From the NCBI RefSeq assembly GCF_001194135.2, contig NC_068983.1, positions 143,673,122 through 143,737,121 on the forward strand: a stretch of 64,000 nucleotides of DNA. Direction: 5' to 3'. This document shows positions 1 through 13,899 of this stretch, one piece after another; position 1 is the stretch's first letter; every line of letters starts with the position of its first letter. The stretch is from Octopus bimaculoides. Its lineage: Eukaryota. Under the pieces are notes generated by a model. That model made no database searches. It was given only the letters and a program-made list of their open reading frames with translations, and was not told the origin of the DNA. The translations under genes were made by a program, and so were the position numbers.

Positions 1-15
1 CAAACACACAAACAC

Positions 16-48
<33 letters not shown>

Positions 49-208
49 CGACGGGCTTCTTTCAGTTTCCATCTACCAAATCCACTCACAAAGCTTTGGT
101 TGGCCTGAGGCTATAGAAGACACTTGCCCAAGGTACTACGCAGTAGGACTGAACCCAGAACTATGTGGTTAGTAAGCAAGCTACTTACCACACAGCCACT
201 CCTGCGCC
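49..208 (-). mobile_element. tRNA-derived SINE family 1 (head) with microsatellite flanks
   Basis: Minus ggcgcaggagtggctgtgtggtaag...gggttcagtcc A/B-box-like head; many copies in the window. Confidence 0.8.
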
Positions 209-382
209 CATGTATATATATATATATATATTATATACACACACACACATATATATATATTATATACACACAAATATATATATATATATTATATACATAC
301 ACATATATATTATACACACACACACGCACACATATATATATACACACACACACATATACATAAGCAAAAAGTACATATTTAC

Positions 383-494
383 CACAATAATCAACTAAGG
401 ATGTATTCTTCAGTAAAGTTGATAGTTCTTGACTGAGAGAAGATTTATTCCGTGTGTCTGATGCATTCATTTCAACAAGTGAAAAACCAGCTTC
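383..494 (-). CDS. RFC1: RFC1 exon 14 (EAGFSLVEMNASDTRNKSSL...); gene continues left of the window
   Basis: tttgtag|GAA...TGTG|gtaaat; ExNASDxR motif of RFC subunits. Confidence 0.94.
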
Positions 495-1411
495 CTACAA
501 AAATTAAGTTAAAAAAAAAGAAAGAAAATTAACATCACTGATTTGATAGGCGTCAGAGTTAACAATATTAACAAAGAGAATTGACTTGACTTGGTGTATA
601 TGTGAAGGATGGGTAAAGTCAAGTCTCATTTGTACTAAGATGGGTCAGGTACAGGTATGTCTTCAGGTTCAGTCCCACTGTGTAACACCTTGAGCAGGTG
701 TATTCTACTATAGCACTGGGCTGTCCAAAGCTATGCAAACAGATTTTGGGAGAGAGAAACTGAAAGGAGACTGCCATAAGTGTGTGTGTGTATGTGTGTG
801 TATACATGTGTATCTATATTTGTTTACAGCTGCATTCACTCTGGTGATGTTATCAGTTCTCTTGTCAACAAATCACCTGGTCATTTTGTGCCTTCTAAAC
901 CATAAGAGATCTCTTGCAAACATAGAAAAACAAACATAAAAGAAATGACTGAATGAGGATGCATTGAAAAATCCAGGATTAACATAACGATCAAAATAGT
1001 GGTGATGAACATTTAGTAATATTGTTTAGACCCAGGTCAGCCTTCATTGAACAGATGTATGATCAAAGATGTTTCAGCCATAATAATCCAAATTTTTTTT
1101 TAAGACAGTAGGGAGTGATTCAAGGAAGATAAGACATTTCTAACAGCTCTAGAGATCATATAGACTTCCATATTGCAGATTAGTGATAATATTTGTGATG
1201 ATACAAACGGCAACAAAATAATAAAATTTTCTTATCGTCCACAAAACAGGTCTTCTACATTACAAAAATGGAACTTACTCTTTACTCTTTTACTTGTTTT
1301 AGTCATTTGACTGTGGCCATGCTGGAGCACCGCCTTTAGTCAAGCAAATCGACCTCAGAACTTATTCTTTGTAAGCCTAGTACTTATTCTATTGATCTCT
1401 TNNNNNNNNNN

Positions 1412-1794
1412 CTTTTACTTGTTTTAGTCATTTGACTGTGGCCATGCTGGAGCACCGCCTTTAGTCAAGCAAATCGACCTCAGAACTTATTCTTTGTAAG
1501 CCTAGTACTTATTCTATTGATCTCTTTTGCCGAACTGCTATGTTACGGGGACGTAAACATGCCACCATCAGTTGTCAAGTGATGCTGGGGGGACAAACAC
1601 AGACACACAAACATATACACACACATACATACGACAGGCTTCTTTCAGTTTCCGTCTACCAAATCCACTCACAAGGCTTTGGTCAGCCTGAGGCTATAGT
1701 AGAAGACACTTGCCCAACGTGCCATGCAGTGGAACTGAACCCGGAACCATGTGGTTGGTAAGCAAGCTACTTACCACATAGCCACTCCTGCGCC
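1412..1794 (-). mobile_element. SINE family 1, near full length
   Basis: Same head plus body. Other copies at ~640-790, 7195-7400, 10737-11130, 11950-12095, 18850-19030, 21975-22325, 43590-43940, 55520-55860, 56720-57030. Confidence 0.8.
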
Positions 1795-1854
1795 TCCTTA
1801 CTGAAAATAATTTTTTAAAATAAAGCAGAAAGAAAAAAATATTAATTTTTTTAC

Positions 1855-1958
1855 CTTACAGACAACATGAGCAGTTGTTGTCTTGCCAATGCCAGGTGGA
1901 CCAGAGAGAAGTGCTGCCTTTGAACCTGCACCATTATCATTTCCACCATAGAATCGAT
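1855..1958 (-). CDS. RFC1: RFC1 exon 13, AAA+ Walker A
   Basis: gtttag|AT...AAG|gtaaaa; KAALLSGPPGIGKTTTAHVVCK. Confidence 0.96.
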
Positions 1959-4024
1959 CTAAACAAACAAATTATACAAGTGACAAGGAACATAGAATTG
2001 CTAAAAGAAAAACAATGCTGAAATGTGTGTATACATTTTAGAATGTAATATAGATTCTCTTGAACTAGTGATTCTGAGATTATGGTACTGAAATACTCAT
2101 AAAATAATATGGTAAATAGCTTGACCATGGTCACAATAACTGCCTAAAGGTCAGTGAGCTACTTTGTCATGGGTGCAATAATTGCCCTAAGAAGTTTGAA
2201 CAAAGTAAATCTCATATGGCATGCCAAACACTTTATATGGTTGGAAGTTGTAGAAGAGGGAGATCCAGGAAAACATGAGAAGTGGTGACAGCTGAGCTCA
2301 AGTCCCTGAGTTTCATAGAGGGGACAAGGACTGGGATGTGAGGCAATATGAGATTTTCAAAAATACCCACCCTTCTCAATGACTAACTGAGTTATAGGAG
2401 TTATACATTACTGTGATTCATTTCCCCCACCCACTGAACCAAGTTATCTCTCATTATGCATGACACTGCCAACCATGTCATCTTTGTCTCTAGTCTGTCC
2501 CCTACCAACTCTATCATCATTACTGTCCTGTTGTTCTCTTCTGCATTCCTCTATCTTCAACTTATGACTCATTGATCATCCACCTGTCAACCCAGCCCAA
2601 TTATTACAGTTGCAGTCTGTTCCTCATGCAATCTAGCAAACCACCTACCCACTTCTACTCACCTTGTACCATGAAGGGCCATCTGGGCATCTCATTGCCA
2701 CTATTTCTTTGCAGCTCCTTCTCATCATCTCTGCCTCTCCTACTAAATATGAGTAACCATGTGGCTCCTCTACAAGAACCTACTCAGATCCTGAGGTTGA
2801 TAGTCTTGAAAGCTACATGACAACCTCAGTAGTGGTGGCACAAAAAGCATCCAGGGCACAGTAAAGTAGTTGGTATTAGGAAGGGCATCCAGCTGTAGAA
2901 ACCACACCAAGCAGACACTGGAGCATGATACAGTCCCTGAACCCACCAGATCCTGTTAAACCATCCAACTCACACCAGCATAGAACGCTGACGTTAAATT
3001 ATGATGATGATGGTGTGTGTGTGTGTGTGTGTGTGTGCACATGCATGCACACACAAACATCTTCTACATCATTTCTATCTACCAAATTCTAATCTTAAGG
3101 TATGAACCAATGATGTAGCTATGATAGAAAATACACTGCCAAGATACTGTATGATGGAATCAAACACAAAGACAAGGTAGCAAAGCAAATTTCTAGACCA
3201 TAGAGCCTATACCTACACTTAATATGCAGGTATTTCCTTACCAAAAAGCTATAGGATTTATTTAATACTGGTATAAAGCCACTAATTTGCAGAGGTGTGG
3301 TATAATTGATTGTGTCAATTACAAGTACATGACAAATCATGGTAATTTCATCATCATCATTTAATATTCATTGTCCATGTTGGCATGGGTTGGACAGTTT
3401 GACCAGAGCTGGCAAACTGGGGAGCTGCACCAGACACCAGTCTGATTTGAAGTGGTTCCTACAACTGGATGCCCTTTCTAACACCAATTTCTTTTTATTA
3501 GTTCCAGAAGGGTAAAAGGCAAAGCCGATCCTGGCAGGACTTAAATATCAGAAAATGTTATGAGCCTAATGTTTCCACATGGGCAACAATTTTGGAAGGG
3601 ATGGATACAGATCACTGAAATGACTGTACTGCAAGACAGGTACTTATTTTAAAGAACTCACAGAAACAAAAGAACAGCCAAGTCAAGTGGAGTTTCAACA
3701 CAGAACACAGAATTATGAAACTAAATATTGTACGGTATTTAGACAGATGCTCTAACATTTCTGGTGGTTACTTGAACCTGCTAGAAGCAGCAACCAAAAA
3801 TTATCTAATTCATACCTCATCATCTTGAATGGTAAATGCTGCATTGGACAGTGTAGTCTCTGATATAAAAAAAAATAGAAAAAAAAGAAAAAACGGTATG
3901 GTCATGACTAGAACAACTTTGTTCTTAAGTCCACTTGATTAGGGTTGGCTTGAGATTAGATGACATACAAATATATACAAACACTGAACAAGGATTATCT
4001 AAGAATTCAAACTGAATACATTAC

Positions 4025-4310
4025 TTGACTGAGGTTTGATTCCTGCCGCGCGGTTTGCATGCCAGTTACTGATCCATTTGAAAAGTTTTTTTGCATTGCT
4101 TTTGTCACCATTTTGACCAATTATCTGTTTTAACTTGTTTGGTTTGTACTTGTCCACCCAAAGGAGTGATGTATCTGAAGGAGTTTTGGGAATATTTGTT
4201 GTGTCTGGCTTTGTGTCTTTGGTAGAAGTTGAGGTAGAAGGCACACAACTGGCTTTTAATGGGCTTTTAACATTACTTTTTTTGTCATTTTTCTTTGTTT
4301 CCAACTTTTC
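4025..4310 (-). CDS. RFC1: RFC1 exon 12, RFC box II (LLWVDKYKP)
   Basis: attcag|GAA...TCAA|gtaatg; phase 0/1; WVDKYKP...IIGQ-GDKSNAKKL. Confidence 0.94.
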
Positions 4311-5110
4311 CTGAATAACAAATAAATGATAAAAATAATAAGAAAAATAAATAAGTAACAACAACAGAATAATAATTCTTTCTATTATAGACACAAAACC
4401 TGGAATTTTAGAGAAGGTAGGTGTTCAATTATACCAACCTCAGTGCTCAACTGGTACTTATTTTATCACCCCCGAAAGGATGAAAGGCAAAGTTAACCTC
4501 AGTGGAATTTGAACTCAGAATCGAAAGACAGATTAAATGCGATCATCATCATATAACGTCCATTGTCCACGCTGGCATGCTGGAAGGCTGCACCAGACTC
4601 CAGTCTGATTTGGCATGCTTTTCTACTGCTGGATAGATACCCTTCCACTAAGCATTTTATCCAGTGTGCTAACGATTCTGCTAGTTTGTAGCCTTAATAC
4701 ATGTATAGTAATGAGGATGACAATTTCTTAGATTATGCATTTGAAAAAGAAAGGTCTATTTAACTGAAATGACTCCATTAAATATATGGTATTCCACCTC
4801 TAACGCCACCATCTTTTAACATTTGTCTTTTGTGCTGGCATTAGTTGGATGGTTCAACAGAATCCAACAGGTCAGAGGACTGCCTGATGCTCCAATGTCT
4901 GCTTTGGCTGGCTGCCCTAATGTCAACCATTTTATACAGTGTACTGGATGCATTTTTCATGACACCAGCACTAGTGAGGTTGCCACGTAGTTCATAAGAT
5001 TGAGGCCCCCTTTGACTTGGAACTCTACTGCTCTAGGCCATCTTCACTATACCTTCCCAGTGTGTTATAAGAGCTAGAAACAAATGATGTGTACAAGAAT
5101 ATGCACTCAC

Positions 5111-5404
5111 TTTTTTCACTGTTTCTTCTGCATTGATAAGGAATTTAGATTTTTTGCCTGGTTTACTGCGGATTAGATCAAACAAACCATCTTCATCAAT
5201 CTGTGGTGTTTTCAAGTTGCCTGCTTTTTGTATTTTAGTTTGACCAGGTTCTCGACCAACAACCAAATAATTTGTTTTGCGGCTCAGTGAAAGTGTTACT
5301 CTACCACCATACCGCTCAATCAAAGATTTTGCCTCATCTCTTTCAATTGAGTCTAAAACTCCAGTGATTACAAACGTTAAGCCCTCCAAACAGTTCTCAG
5401 CTCC
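5111..5404 (-). CDS. RFC1: RFC1 exon 11, BRCT domain
   Basis: gtacag|GGA...AAA|gtgagt; GAENCLEGLTFVITGVLDSIERDEAKSLIERYGGRVT. Confidence 0.96.
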
Positions 5405-5989
5405 CTGTACAACAGAAAAAGAGAAAAAATAAAATTCAAAGTAATTTCGATTATTTTCAATGAAAGTTAAATATCATCACATTTAATGTGTTGAACAATA
5501 AATGTTTGTCTGAAAGAAATAACCCATATCAACATTCATTTTCCATGTAGGTATGGGCTGGAGGTTTGACAGGATCTAGCAAATCACAAGGCTGTGTTGA
5601 GCTCTAATGTCAACTTTGGCATGGTTTCTACCCTTCCTAATATCAACCACTTTACAGCAATTAATTTCACCTTTCATATTTTGTAAAAATTACATTTTTA
5701 ACAGTTCTATTTATTCCTATTGGTATTGTCTAGCTCTTGTGTCAGCAACAATCAAGTAGAAATATGATTGAAGTGTTCTAGATGTAACCATCTTTTTATT
5801 CTAGATACGTGTCGTTTGTTTTGAGACAGAAGGATGTAAATTGAAGACTTCCAGCTGCTATTTCTAGCAGGTCAAATGACAACATAGACTTTTAGTTGTT
5901 AACTTGTTTTATCTTTGTCATTTGAGGTTTTATTTATTATTTCTAAGCACAAGTGCTGACATGTCACTACTTCATACAAGCTTCCAATG

Positions 5990-6280
5990 CCAATAGGCCC
6001 GTGACTAAGACAACAAACAATTCCCTATCTTGGTCGGCATATCTATCTCCTGGAAACGGTTCAGCAACGTGCAACCAGACTATAAGATGCTATAAGGCAT
6101 CTACCATACTCTGAATGTTTTGCTTCCCTGAGCATGGAGACATTAAAGCTCCAATCTCTGACAACTGACTTGGTAGACACCCACAAGATTATCTACCATC
6201 TTTCTAAAAACCTTGGACACATTTTTGAATTTCATGTCTAACACTCGTGGACATGCTAACAAAATCAAAAACACAACACA
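5990..6280 (+). mobile_element. CR1-type LINE 3' fragment
   Basis: ISLLETVQQRATRL...YSE-LASL...DLVDTHKII...NTRGH. Confidence 0.65.
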
Positions 6281-6756
6281 GTACTGTATACAATAAGTTC
6301 ATTATATTATACTGAATGTACTACAGGAAAAAAGAACAAAAACTGTTAGACCTTTAACAAAAAGGTTTCAACTATGTAAAACGACATTTAAAAGAACCTC
6401 TTGTAAGTAACATGACCTGCTAGAAATAACAGCCAAATCTCCATAATAATCAGAGACTAATATCTTGAAACAAAATGAAGGGCACATTAGATAAAGTAGT
6501 CTAAGATAACCCTAAAAAAACAGAATGGTCAGTCATAACTGGAAAATATATCTGCTTGATTAGTGTTGGCTTGTTAAAGGGGTTAAAGAACATCTCTAGT
6601 TTAGTCAAATATTAAATTGATTCTTCACATTCAAATAAAATCCCTCATCTTAACATAGTTCTAGTCAGTGCCAAATACAAAAATACAGCAGCTGCTCTCT
6701 CTCTTTCATTCTTTATTTCTTTTTGTCTTAGTCTTTCTTTGTTTCACTCTCTCTCG

Positions 6757-6795
<39 letters not shown>

Positions 6796-6826
6796 TCTTT
6801 CTCTTTCATACAAAATTTCTTCTTAC

Positions 6827-6907
6827 CGTTGGAATTTCTTTAGATCCAAGATGTTGAGGCCCTTCTCTGTTCAGATATGAGAGGTATGAGGTTTTCTTGT
6901 CTGCAGG
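6827..6907 (-). CDS. RFC1: RFC1 exon 10 (PADKKTSYLSYLNREGPQHLGSKEIPT)
   Basis: cttgtag|CCT...ACG|gtaag; matches the conserved YLNREGP-LGSKEIP motif preceding the BRCT domain. Confidence 0.92.
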
Positions 6908-7337
6908 CTACAAGTAGATATTATTTGCATAATGAATACAGTTGAAATCCTATGGTTAGATACAAATGAGTAAAATCAGTGCCTATCCCTCAGAGCAGTC
7001 ATAAGGATTTGTAAATTACTGTCTCTCACCACTGAAAGAATGAAGATGCTTTTGGTGATCAAGCAATAACCAGACAAAACAAGCTGAGCTGTTCTTTGGT
7101 GTGTTTGATAAAACAGATGGAATCCTGTTTTACAACAGGCTCTATTTGCCCAACAAGGCTAGATTTGATGTTTATTTATCATAGGCAGAAGTGAAATCTT
7201 GTGGTAAGAAGCTTGCTCCCAAATCACATGGCTCCAAGTTCAGTTTCAATGCATGACACCTTGGGCAAGTGTCTTCACCAACAAAAGCCTTGTGAGTGGA
7301 TTTGGTAAGCAGAAACTGAAAGAAGCCCACTGTGTGT

Positions 7338-7391
<54 letters not shown>

Positions 7392-8249
7392 GTATCTATC
7401 TATTGCCACCACCGCCACCACCATCATCATTATTATTATTATTCAATGTCCATTTTCCTTGCTGGCATGGGTTGGGCAGTTTGACTGAAGCTGGTAAGCC
7501 AGAGAGATACATCAGCTCCAGTCTGCTTGGCCTGGTTTCTGTGGCTGCATGCCCTTTCTGATACCAATCACTAAACAGAGTGTGCTGGGCGCCTTTTATG
7601 TGTCACTAGCACTGGCAACGACCACAATTTCACTTAGCTTGGCATTTCGTCTCAAGCACAGCAAATCACCAATAGTTTCAGTGACCTATCATTGCCTCTA
7701 TGAGACTCAACTGAAGATCATATTTCACTACCTCGATATATACCTGCGCATGTGAGTGTTTGACTCCTTGTTTTGACATTGTGTGATAGTTGTAAATGAG
7801 TGCCACTGTCTCGCAAGCAGTGTCATTTACTTCCAATATTCTGTGATAACATGTCAGGCCATGCAGAAACACTACCTTATTTGGAAACAGGTGAGGGTTG
7901 GCAATAGGAAAGGCATCCTGCCACAGAAAATCTGCCTCAAACACCGTCTGACCCTTGCAAGAATGGAAAAGTGAGTACTAAATGATAATGATACAAGAAA
8001 GCATAGGTTTAATACATAAAGTAGAATGTACATATGATTTACAAGAAGGGAAATTTTCTTGAATCATAAGTTCAAACTTCATAACTTAATGCTGTAATTC
8101 AATAAGTTTCAGCTTATGATAATAATAGTAATAATAGTTTCAAACTTTGCCACAAGGGCAGCGATTACATCGACCCCAGTGTTTCAATAGTACTTATTTT
8201 ATTGACCACAAAAGGATGAAAGGTAAAGTTAACCTCGGCGAAAGTTCAA

Positions 8250-8625
8250 CTCAGAACGTAGCGACGGGTGGGCACCTGTGCCCAGCGTCGCCTTCCTGGC
8301 ACTTGTGCCGGTAGCACATGTAAAGACATTCGAGTGAGATCATGCCAGTGCCGCTGGACTGGCTCCTGTGCGGGTGGCACGTAAAATACACCATTTTGAG
8401 TGTGGCCATTGCCAGTACCACCTGACTGGCCTTCGTGCTGGTGGCACATAAAAGCACCCACTACACTCTCGGAGTGGTTGGCATTAGGAAGGGCATCCAG
8501 CTGTAGAAACTCTGCCAAATCAGATTGGAGCCTGGTGTAGCCATCTGGTTCACCAGTCCTCAATCAAATCGTCCAACCCATGCTAGCATGGAAAGTGGAC
8601 GTTAAACGATGATGATGATGATGAT
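8250..8625 (+). mobile_element. SINE-like repeat family 2 with ~45-50 bp internal tandem units and a (GAT)n tail
   Basis: ...ggcattaggaagggcatccagctgtagaaac...ggacgttaaacgatgatgat. Copies at ~2850-3012, 3350-3490, 7420-7700, 16983-17135, 19040-19190, 31563-31757, 33556-33960, 45590-45835, 47040-47480. Confidence 0.8.
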
Positions 8626-9224
8626 TTCATCCAGTGCGCTAATAATTCTGCCAGGTTTCTAAGTTAGGCATAAAGCCGGAAATTTTGAGTGGAAATTAGA
8701 TGATACTATTGATCCCAGTGCTTGACTGGTACTTTATTTTATTGACCCCAAAAGAATGAAAAGCAAACTGGAAGTCAACAGGATTTGAACTTAGAACATA
8801 AAGAGCCACAAAGTAATTTTTTCCAAAGTTCTAATGATTCTGCTAGTTTACATAGAAAATACATCATGGTTTATTTTTTTAAAAACATCAATATGTATAT
8901 TCTGTACATCCTTTTCCTAGACACGGACATGTTTCTAGTAGAAATGTGTAAATAAAATTATATATTTTATACACTTCATCCTTACCACCAAATGATACAG
9001 CAACCAGTGTGAGACTGCAACTGGATTTTATACATGTTGGCCTTGACATTAGTTTTAAAAGCACTGGAATTTACCAAGACCAACTGAAAATTCAAGAAAG
9101 CTCAAATATCATTGCTCTATGTGTAAAATATAAACATTTGAAAGTGCTCAGTTTTCAGAATCAAATGTTAAAAATAAAATTCACAAGTGCAAGCAGGAAG
9201 AGAAGAAGAAGATCAAAGTCTTAC

Positions 9225-9275
9225 ATCTGGTGTGGGCGTTTCTGGAATGTTAACTTTAGGTTTTTGACTGGGAGT
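9225..9275 (-). CDS. RFC1: RFC1 exon 9 (TPSQKPKVNIPETPTPD)
   Basis: attttcag|ACT...GAT|gtaaga; 51 nt, phase 0/0. Confidence 0.7.
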
Positions 9276-9464
9276 CTGAAAATAGATAACAACATACTTT
9301 AGTACAATGCAAAGCAACAATATTCTGCAGGGTGTTATCATTGAATTACACAAGAAAAATAAAAACTTAATAGTGCAGATGTTGAAGTTAATAGGATGAC
9401 AGAAAAATCAACAGAGAAGCTAGCAGTTCATATTCTGTCACTGTCATTCCATTCTATCCATGGC

Positions 9465-9678
9465 TTCACCCTTTAGCATTCAGGTTACTCTGTGAAATGT
9501 AATGCTTATTTGTTCATTTTGTTTTGAATTAATCATGCATTATTTCATAGCTTCAAGATTTTCATGATGTGATTGTTATGGCATTATAAAGTGTGAGAGG
9601 CCAGGTCTGATTAGTTCGAGCATAGAACAGGTGGAACATTCTGGTCAGATATGGCCAGTTTAAATGCTAAAAGGTTAA
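9465..9678. mobile_element. piggyBac-type MITE, same family
   Basis: ccctttagcatt...aatgctaaaaggttaa; a partial copy also lies at ~34250-34360. Confidence 0.65.
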
Positions 9679-11210
9679 ATTACTTAATTCTCACTGACTC
9701 AATCTCTAAACCAGTGATTTACAAAGTGTGAGCAGCAAAGGGTATTTAGGTGTACCATGGATTTTTCAAAAATATAATATAACGATTTTTTAAAAATTCA
9801 TTCTTAGCATCTTGAGAATTTTTTTTTTTTTTTTTTTTTAACATATTTTGTCATTTTATTTTAACTTTTAGTCAGGAGGAAAGACAGTAACCTTTTACAG
9901 GGCCTTCAAGACTAGTTAGGAAGGTATCCTCAACTGGAGACATGTCAATGGAGTCAACTCCACTAAAAGCACCCAAGCTACAAAATGGTAGTATTAAACT
10001 GGATGATGGATTTTGATTAAGTCTGCCATCCAAGTAATGTCATGGGAGGATTTGAACTCAGAATGTAATGTCCTGGAAGAAATACCACAAGTTGTCCAGT
10101 CTAATGTTCCAACAGTTCCATCAATCCACTGTCTTAGATTAGAAAGACAAAGTTGATCTCGGCAGGATTTGAACTTGGGAGTGGTGACTGTCAGGATAAA
10201 TACAAGGCATTCTAACCATCAGCACTCTAATGACTCTGCCAGTTAGCTGCTATATTCATTAACTTTGTTGTAATTAAAACAAAACGAGGTAAGTAATAAT
10301 TTTTTTGCATTTTTAAAGAAATTTTTAATGTTAAAACAATTTTTAAAAGTTTTTCCAGACATTGAAGAGTCAATTAAAATATGGAGAGAGCCAGGGTAAG
10401 TAATCTACAGGATAACAATATTGTGTGATGGCAGAACTTGTTTAGCTCATGAAGTGCTAAGAGTATCTCTTGAGTAAAAGCCAAAGAGGAGTATAGGTGA
10501 GGCAGAGCTCTCATGACTTGGTTGAAGATTGTAAAAGAGAGCCTGGCAGATATGGCTGAGCACTGAGAGCAGGCTCGCGACATGGTCTGCAGCTATACTG
10601 GGAGATTTCTCATTGCCCAGTGCACCATGGGAAACTAAAACTAAGAATAATTTACTATCTCAAAATACACAGATTGAACCAGTAAGATACCTTGTCATAA
10701 TACACAAAGCTACAGAAACCAAATACCTGTTTCATTTCTTATACTTGTTTCATTTGTAGGAGTGCAGCCATGCTAGGGCACTGCTTGAAGGACTTAATCA
10801 AATAAATCAACCCCAGCACTTCTTTTTCTCAGTCCAGGATTTATTCTACAAGCCTTTCGTTTTTTTTTGCTGAACTGCCAAGTTATGGTAATATAAACAA
10901 ACACAGGTTGGTCAAGCAGTTTGGTGGGAAACAAATACTAAAACACACACACGTGTACACACGACAAGCTTCTTTCAGTTTCTACCTCCCAAATTCACTC
11001 ACAAGGCATTGGTTGGCCTGGGGCTATAGTAGAAGGCACCTGCCCAATGTGACACACAGTAGAACTGAACCTAAAATCACATTGTTGTAGAGTGACCTTC
11101 TTAAACTACCCAACCATGCTTGCACCTTATGAAATATACAAGAATTTTGTGACAAGATGAATGTATTTTAACTTGTTTAGAAAGTAGAATATTTCAAAAT
11201 TATTTAATAC

Positions 11211-11308
11211 TGTGGTTATTGCTTTGGTTGGTGTTTTTGGTGAGGATCTGACTGGTTCTTCTTTCTTTTGTTTCATTTTGGCAGCCAATTTACTAGTAAG
11301 ACTGTTGC
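11211..11308 (-). CDS. RFC1: RFC1 exon 8 (GNSLTSKLAAKMKQKKEEPVRSSPKTPTKAITT)
   Basis: ttttacag|GC...ACA|gtatta; phase 1/0. Confidence 0.72.
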
Positions 11309-12242
11309 CTGTAAAAATATAAATACCAAAACAAAATTCTTTAAAAAATAAAATTCAAGGCTGTTGTAAAATTCACAGCTGTCACTTGCAAACAAGTATT
11401 AGCTTCTAGTAATTGTTTTAGGTACCTACGTAGCAGCAAGCTAAATTACCCTCTTGACCCTCCAAACCATTAACTCAGTGGAACATTGAGGATTTAACAG
11501 ATAAAGGGAGAGATGGCTGCACTAGCACTAAGCTTATACTTATTTTCAGCCAAATAGATTGAAGCAATGTAAAATGAAGTGCTCTCTAACCATAAAGACG
11601 TGACTAAAAGGGTTGTTGTTAAGGCTCTCTAACCATAAAACCCTGCCTTAAAAAAAAACACCTATCCAACCCATACCAGCATGGAAAAGCAGATTTAAAA
11701 ATGACAGCAATGATAATATCATTGTCATCATTTAAGTAGCCTCTTTTTTTAAGTTCACATGGGTTGGATGAAATTTACATCACCAACCCATATCTGTTTC
11801 TAAGCAAGGTGATATTTCCCCATGACCAGACATATTTTCAAGGAAGACTGGAAATGACACCTTCCGCTTATATGACAGTGATACTTGTTTACAACTACTA
11901 TGTGATCTCAAGGCAAGAAGACAGTAATACACACACACACACATATATATGATTGACTTTCAGTTTCCGCCTACCAAATCCAATCACAAAGTTTTGGTCA
12001 GACTAGGATTATAGGTCCCATGCCGTGGGACTGAGCTGAATCCAAAACTATATGGTAGGAAGCAAATGTCTAGCCAGACAGCCATTCCTATGCCTACTAA
12101 GGTCTTATTTTATTGCTACTATCATGTTATTTACATTGCCTTGTGAAATGTGACAAACTTCACCTCCATATAAGAAAGGAGTGGTAAGAGAAACTGAGAA
12201 AGGAGAGAAATAAAAAGGTGAAATATAGACAATAAGAAATTT

Positions 12243-12448
12243 AAACCCTTTAGCATTCACATTATTCTATCAAAAATGCTTATTTATTCACATTGCTTTG
12301 AATTAATCATGCATTATTTTGTATCATTGAGATTCTGATTAAGTAACTCTTAATTTCTAGAATGATATTGTAGGACCTGGCCAGTTTGAACATAAAACAG
12401 GCAGAATATTTTGGCTGGATATGACAAGCTTCAATACTAAAGGGTTAA
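12243..12448. mobile_element. piggyBac-type MITE, same family
   Basis: aaccctttagc...ctaaagggttaa; homologous to 20413-20640 in opposite orientation. Confidence 0.7.
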
Positions 12449-12481
12449 GGATGTAAAAAAAAAAGAGAATCCAGCACTTAC

Positions 12482-12725
12482 CAAGACTACTTGAAGGAGT
12501 GGCTGATTTGGAAGGAGTAAGTTGTTTGGAAGTTCTTTCAGGAGTATCTTTGCAATATGTAACTGTAAGTTCCGGTGTTCCTCGTCTCGGTGTGAGTCTT
12601 TTTTCTGGTGTCACTTTACTGGGTGTAACACTTTTCTTTGGAGTGACTGAACAGCTAGAAGTTATTTTCAAAGGTGTGTGTTTCTGAGGAGTAACTGCAT
12701 TTTTCTCAGGTGTTTTGACTTTAGC
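12482..12725 (-). CDS. RFC1: RFC1 exon 7, Thr-Pro repeat region
   Basis: acattag|GCT...CTTG|gtaagt; 244 nt, phase 0/1. Confidence 0.82.
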
Positions 12726-13899
12726 CTAATGTATATATTAAAAAAAAAGAGTGTAATCAACAATAGAAGATGATGTTTAGTTCCAGGTCATCTTTGATTG
12801 AGCAGATCTACAATCAAAGACATTCTAGTTATGACCATCCCATTATTTTTGTATGTATATAATTGCATTATCCAATATGTCCTCCCCTTTTTAAAGTAGT
12901 AGGTTATAATTCAAGAGACACTTGGCTGTTATTTCTAATTGAACATGTACAGAAAACAAAAGATAAAGCCCCCACCCCCCTCATTGGCTCATTTGGAGAA
13001 GAGTTAGAAAGGAGTAAATATGGTCATTAAGAATAAATATCAGCTGAAGAATTCTTTTATTCTTTTATTTTGAGGATTGAATACTAGAGCTGGTGCATTA
13101 CTGTGCCAGCTCTAGTAATGTACATTAAATATGTTTTAAGGAAAAATAATTATTCATTGAGGAAATGATATTAGCACATTGTTATATAGGTTACCATACT
13201 TTTATTAAAAGTGAATTGTTGCACTGCCACCCACCCTCATACCCATACACACATATTATCACATTGCCTAGCAATGAAAATGAAAGTATAGAATTTTAGT
13301 CATTAAAATAGGCATGTCCTTTTGTAAAAGTTTGAAAACTAATGCTGTCAATATCACAGCAAATCAGCCAGGTGTTACAAGCACATGAGGTTTAAATAGT
13401 TTAAAATAGATGACCTAATTAACCAATCTGACATCTTAAAAACAGTTTGTTTGAGTCAATTTTAATGGCAACAACTCTATAAAAGTTACAGAAATTTAGA
13501 TATGAGAAAGAATTGCCTCCTCTGTAAAATGAACTGCTGCTCATCTCTAAGAACATTCAACTTGAATATTAGTTGTTGTAACAACTAACAGCTTTCACAT
13601 ACTCTAAACATTATAATGAACAGGATACTAAGAAATTTCAAATGTATTTTCTTGTTTCTAATGTTTCTAATATATACTACTCCCCTTCCCAGTCGAGGGG
13701 TCTTTGTCTTGAAAGTTACTTGGTGACCCCACTGCTGTTGGTGCCACCAAAAATACCCCCAGTACACCATAAAGTGGTTGGCATTAGGAAGGGCACCCAA
13801 CCATAGAAACCATGCCAAAGCAGACAGGCGGTACTGTCATCGGCCATGTCAGTGATTTTGATTTCACTTGCCTTAATAGGCCTTCACGAGCAAGGTTTA

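Noticed and set aside
124-398. ORFs rich in YI/HT/CV dipeptides here and at 733, 7253, 46584, 53636, 62484
   Set aside because: Translations of microsatellites and SINE tails.
1287-1526. Apparent 115-bp tandem duplication of a SINE end
   Set aside because: The identical copies flank a 10-N gap; typical unmerged contig overlap.
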